From contig NW_019028981.1 in NCBI RefSeq assembly GCF_002105155.1, positions 1,116,001 through 1,180,000 of the forward strand: DNA of 64,000 nt. The letters run 5' to 3'. Source of the DNA: Lobosporangium transversale (taxonomy: Eukaryota). Within the stretch, counting starts at the first letter, position 1; every line of letters starts with the position of its first letter. Below, one piece after another: positions 62,243-64,000 of the stretch. The translations under genes and the position numbers were made by a program. Below the pieces are notes generated by a model. It ran no database searches, was not told the DNA's origin, and worked only from the letters and a program-made list of their open reading frames with translations.

Positions 62243-63880
62243 TCATGATGTAGTTTGTAGAGAAGGCATGGTTTCAAGTCTAGCGAGATCCTTGATATGG
62301 GTTACAGTCTTGCCTCTTTCCTCTAACGTTGATGATGTTGATGATGAAGCTACAGCGGTGACAACAGTAGCAGATTCAGCTCCATTTCCTGATAATGCTG
62401 TTGTTGGTGACAATAATGAGGTCGATGATAATGATAACCCCTCAGCCACATTAGCAGCAGCTTCATGAATTCTTCGGATCTTCGTTGTATGTCCAATACC
62501 GAGCTGTGGCAACCCTTTGTTCAGACCTTCAAGGAGAAGACATGCTTTACAAAGTTCATTGGAAGAAATATATCCACACCGTGTACAATTTGTCATAGTC
62601 GGCAGCTTTGTTGATTCATTAGCCTGTACCGAAGCTGAAAGCGCTTCGCCTGAATGGATAATGTCTAAGTGCAGAATAATAGTAATAATAATAAAAAGCT
62701 TGTTAGAATCTCGGAAAAAATAATAAAATTGGAAATAATAATAATAAAAAAAAAACGACGCTTACCAACGATAGCAGTACGACGGATGGCCTCCAATTCC
62801 TTCAAAAACACACGGGCATAGCCACGATAGGCATTGGGTGAGTAAATGCACTCTGTTGAGAAATAATCCAGTTTTTTAAAGTAGGCATACATGACAATCT
62901 CCTTTTCATATGTGTATTTGAATGGCTTTGAGCGTAGGATTTTAGAAGTTTCAATGCCAGAAGCATCATCAGATGTGTCATTAGTAATGATAGATGTGCA
63001 CCGTTGGAGACGCGGCAGATCACCTCGAAGAACTAACGGGTAAAATTGAATATAATTGATGCATCTACGGTTAATCTCTGAAAGTCTCATATGGAAAGTA
63101 TATATATATATATATATATAGAGGCCGAGACCATAGTGCACTTACTGTTCATCAAGACAGTCTCGGCAATATCGTCTGCATTGTGGCCAGTGACGATATG
63201 GTCCACGTTGAGCATAATGGCGCCGCGATCCAATGCTTGACGACGGAATACTCCGCAGAATGTGCAGTTGTTCTTACGCCCAATCTCTTTGACAATATCA
63301 TCCATGCTCCATCCATAGAGATCTTTATAGCTGATTATCAAAAGGGGGATCTGATACTGGTCTCTATTCCTTTTGACAGTTTCCAGTGAATCGTCTCTGT
63401 ATCCAGTAATTCCTTCGTCTATTGATAGTAGTACTAGATCCAAGCCATAGTTGTATCGATCATTCAAAAGCTTCATGACATATGCCAGGACCGTGGAGTC
63501 TATCGTATGTGAGATAATGAAATGAGTATTTTTTTTGCCTTTTTAATTTGTAGCAAGCAAAAAAATTTTCTAAATAAAAATAGGCATGAGTTATTACCTT
63601 TGCCACCACTTGCACCGATAGCTACTCTGTCACCTTTTTTGAAGAGTTTGTTGTCGACAATGGTATTATGGATTTCTGTCTCGAAAACATGGTAGAAACA
63701 TTCTTTGCAGAGTTGCTGACCTGTCTTTGGTCGTTTGAGGATAGCTCGGACAGACTGACAGAGATTGCAAGGATTCCTGAGAGGTTTAGTCCCCTTTGAT
63801 GATTTCACTCCTACTTCAGGCTGTGTCTGTGTATGTTGGTGTGCATGTACGGTTGTATCGGCAGTGTTGGTGAGATGCAT
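62243..63880 (-). CDS. NCS6: Cytoplasmic tRNA 2-thiolation protein 1 (CTU1), multi-exon
   Basis: [40 protein letters not shown] (PP-loop), [82 protein letters not shown]. Confidence 0.95.
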
Positions 63881-64000
63881 TCTGGTCAGTATAGAATGGG
63901 TGGTGAGTCTTTTTTTTTTGTGTTCAAGATTGCAGATCAGTTTGCCTCGTTACTTTTTTTATCAAGAAAATTAATGGTCACATGCATTCCCATCAATTTG

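Overview
Intron-rich fungal genomic DNA with many homopolymer tracts; gene content and style suggest Mortierellaceae (inference, not verified). About 15 protein-coding genes are supported: an LRR/F-box-like fragment, a long orphan ORF, a PH-domain protein, a Ste20-like probable pseudokinase, a 4-EF-hand calmodulin-like protein, an OAC1-type carrier, a Pro-rich single-pass membrane protein, an FAD monooxygenase, an OMA1-like M48 peptidase, mitochondrial uL3, a CEM1-type ketoacyl synthase, the complex I 49 kDa subunit, a C2/Pro-rich protein, C1-THF synthase and NCS6/CTU1. There are two identical initiator tRNA-Met genes, each with an independently inserted 375-bp solo-LTR-like element (4-bp TSD) just upstream. 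The 51-62 kb gene-poor island also holds a candidate tRNA-headed SINE with poly(A) and a 20-bp TSD. The most interesting feature is a decayed, intron-containing gene at 58.66-61.97 kb that joins a FEN1/XPG-like PIN nuclease to a Fanzor/TnpB-like RuvC-zinc-finger module, with all three RuvC catalytic positions and a C-terminal NLS. Exon boundaries were read by eye and no searches were run.
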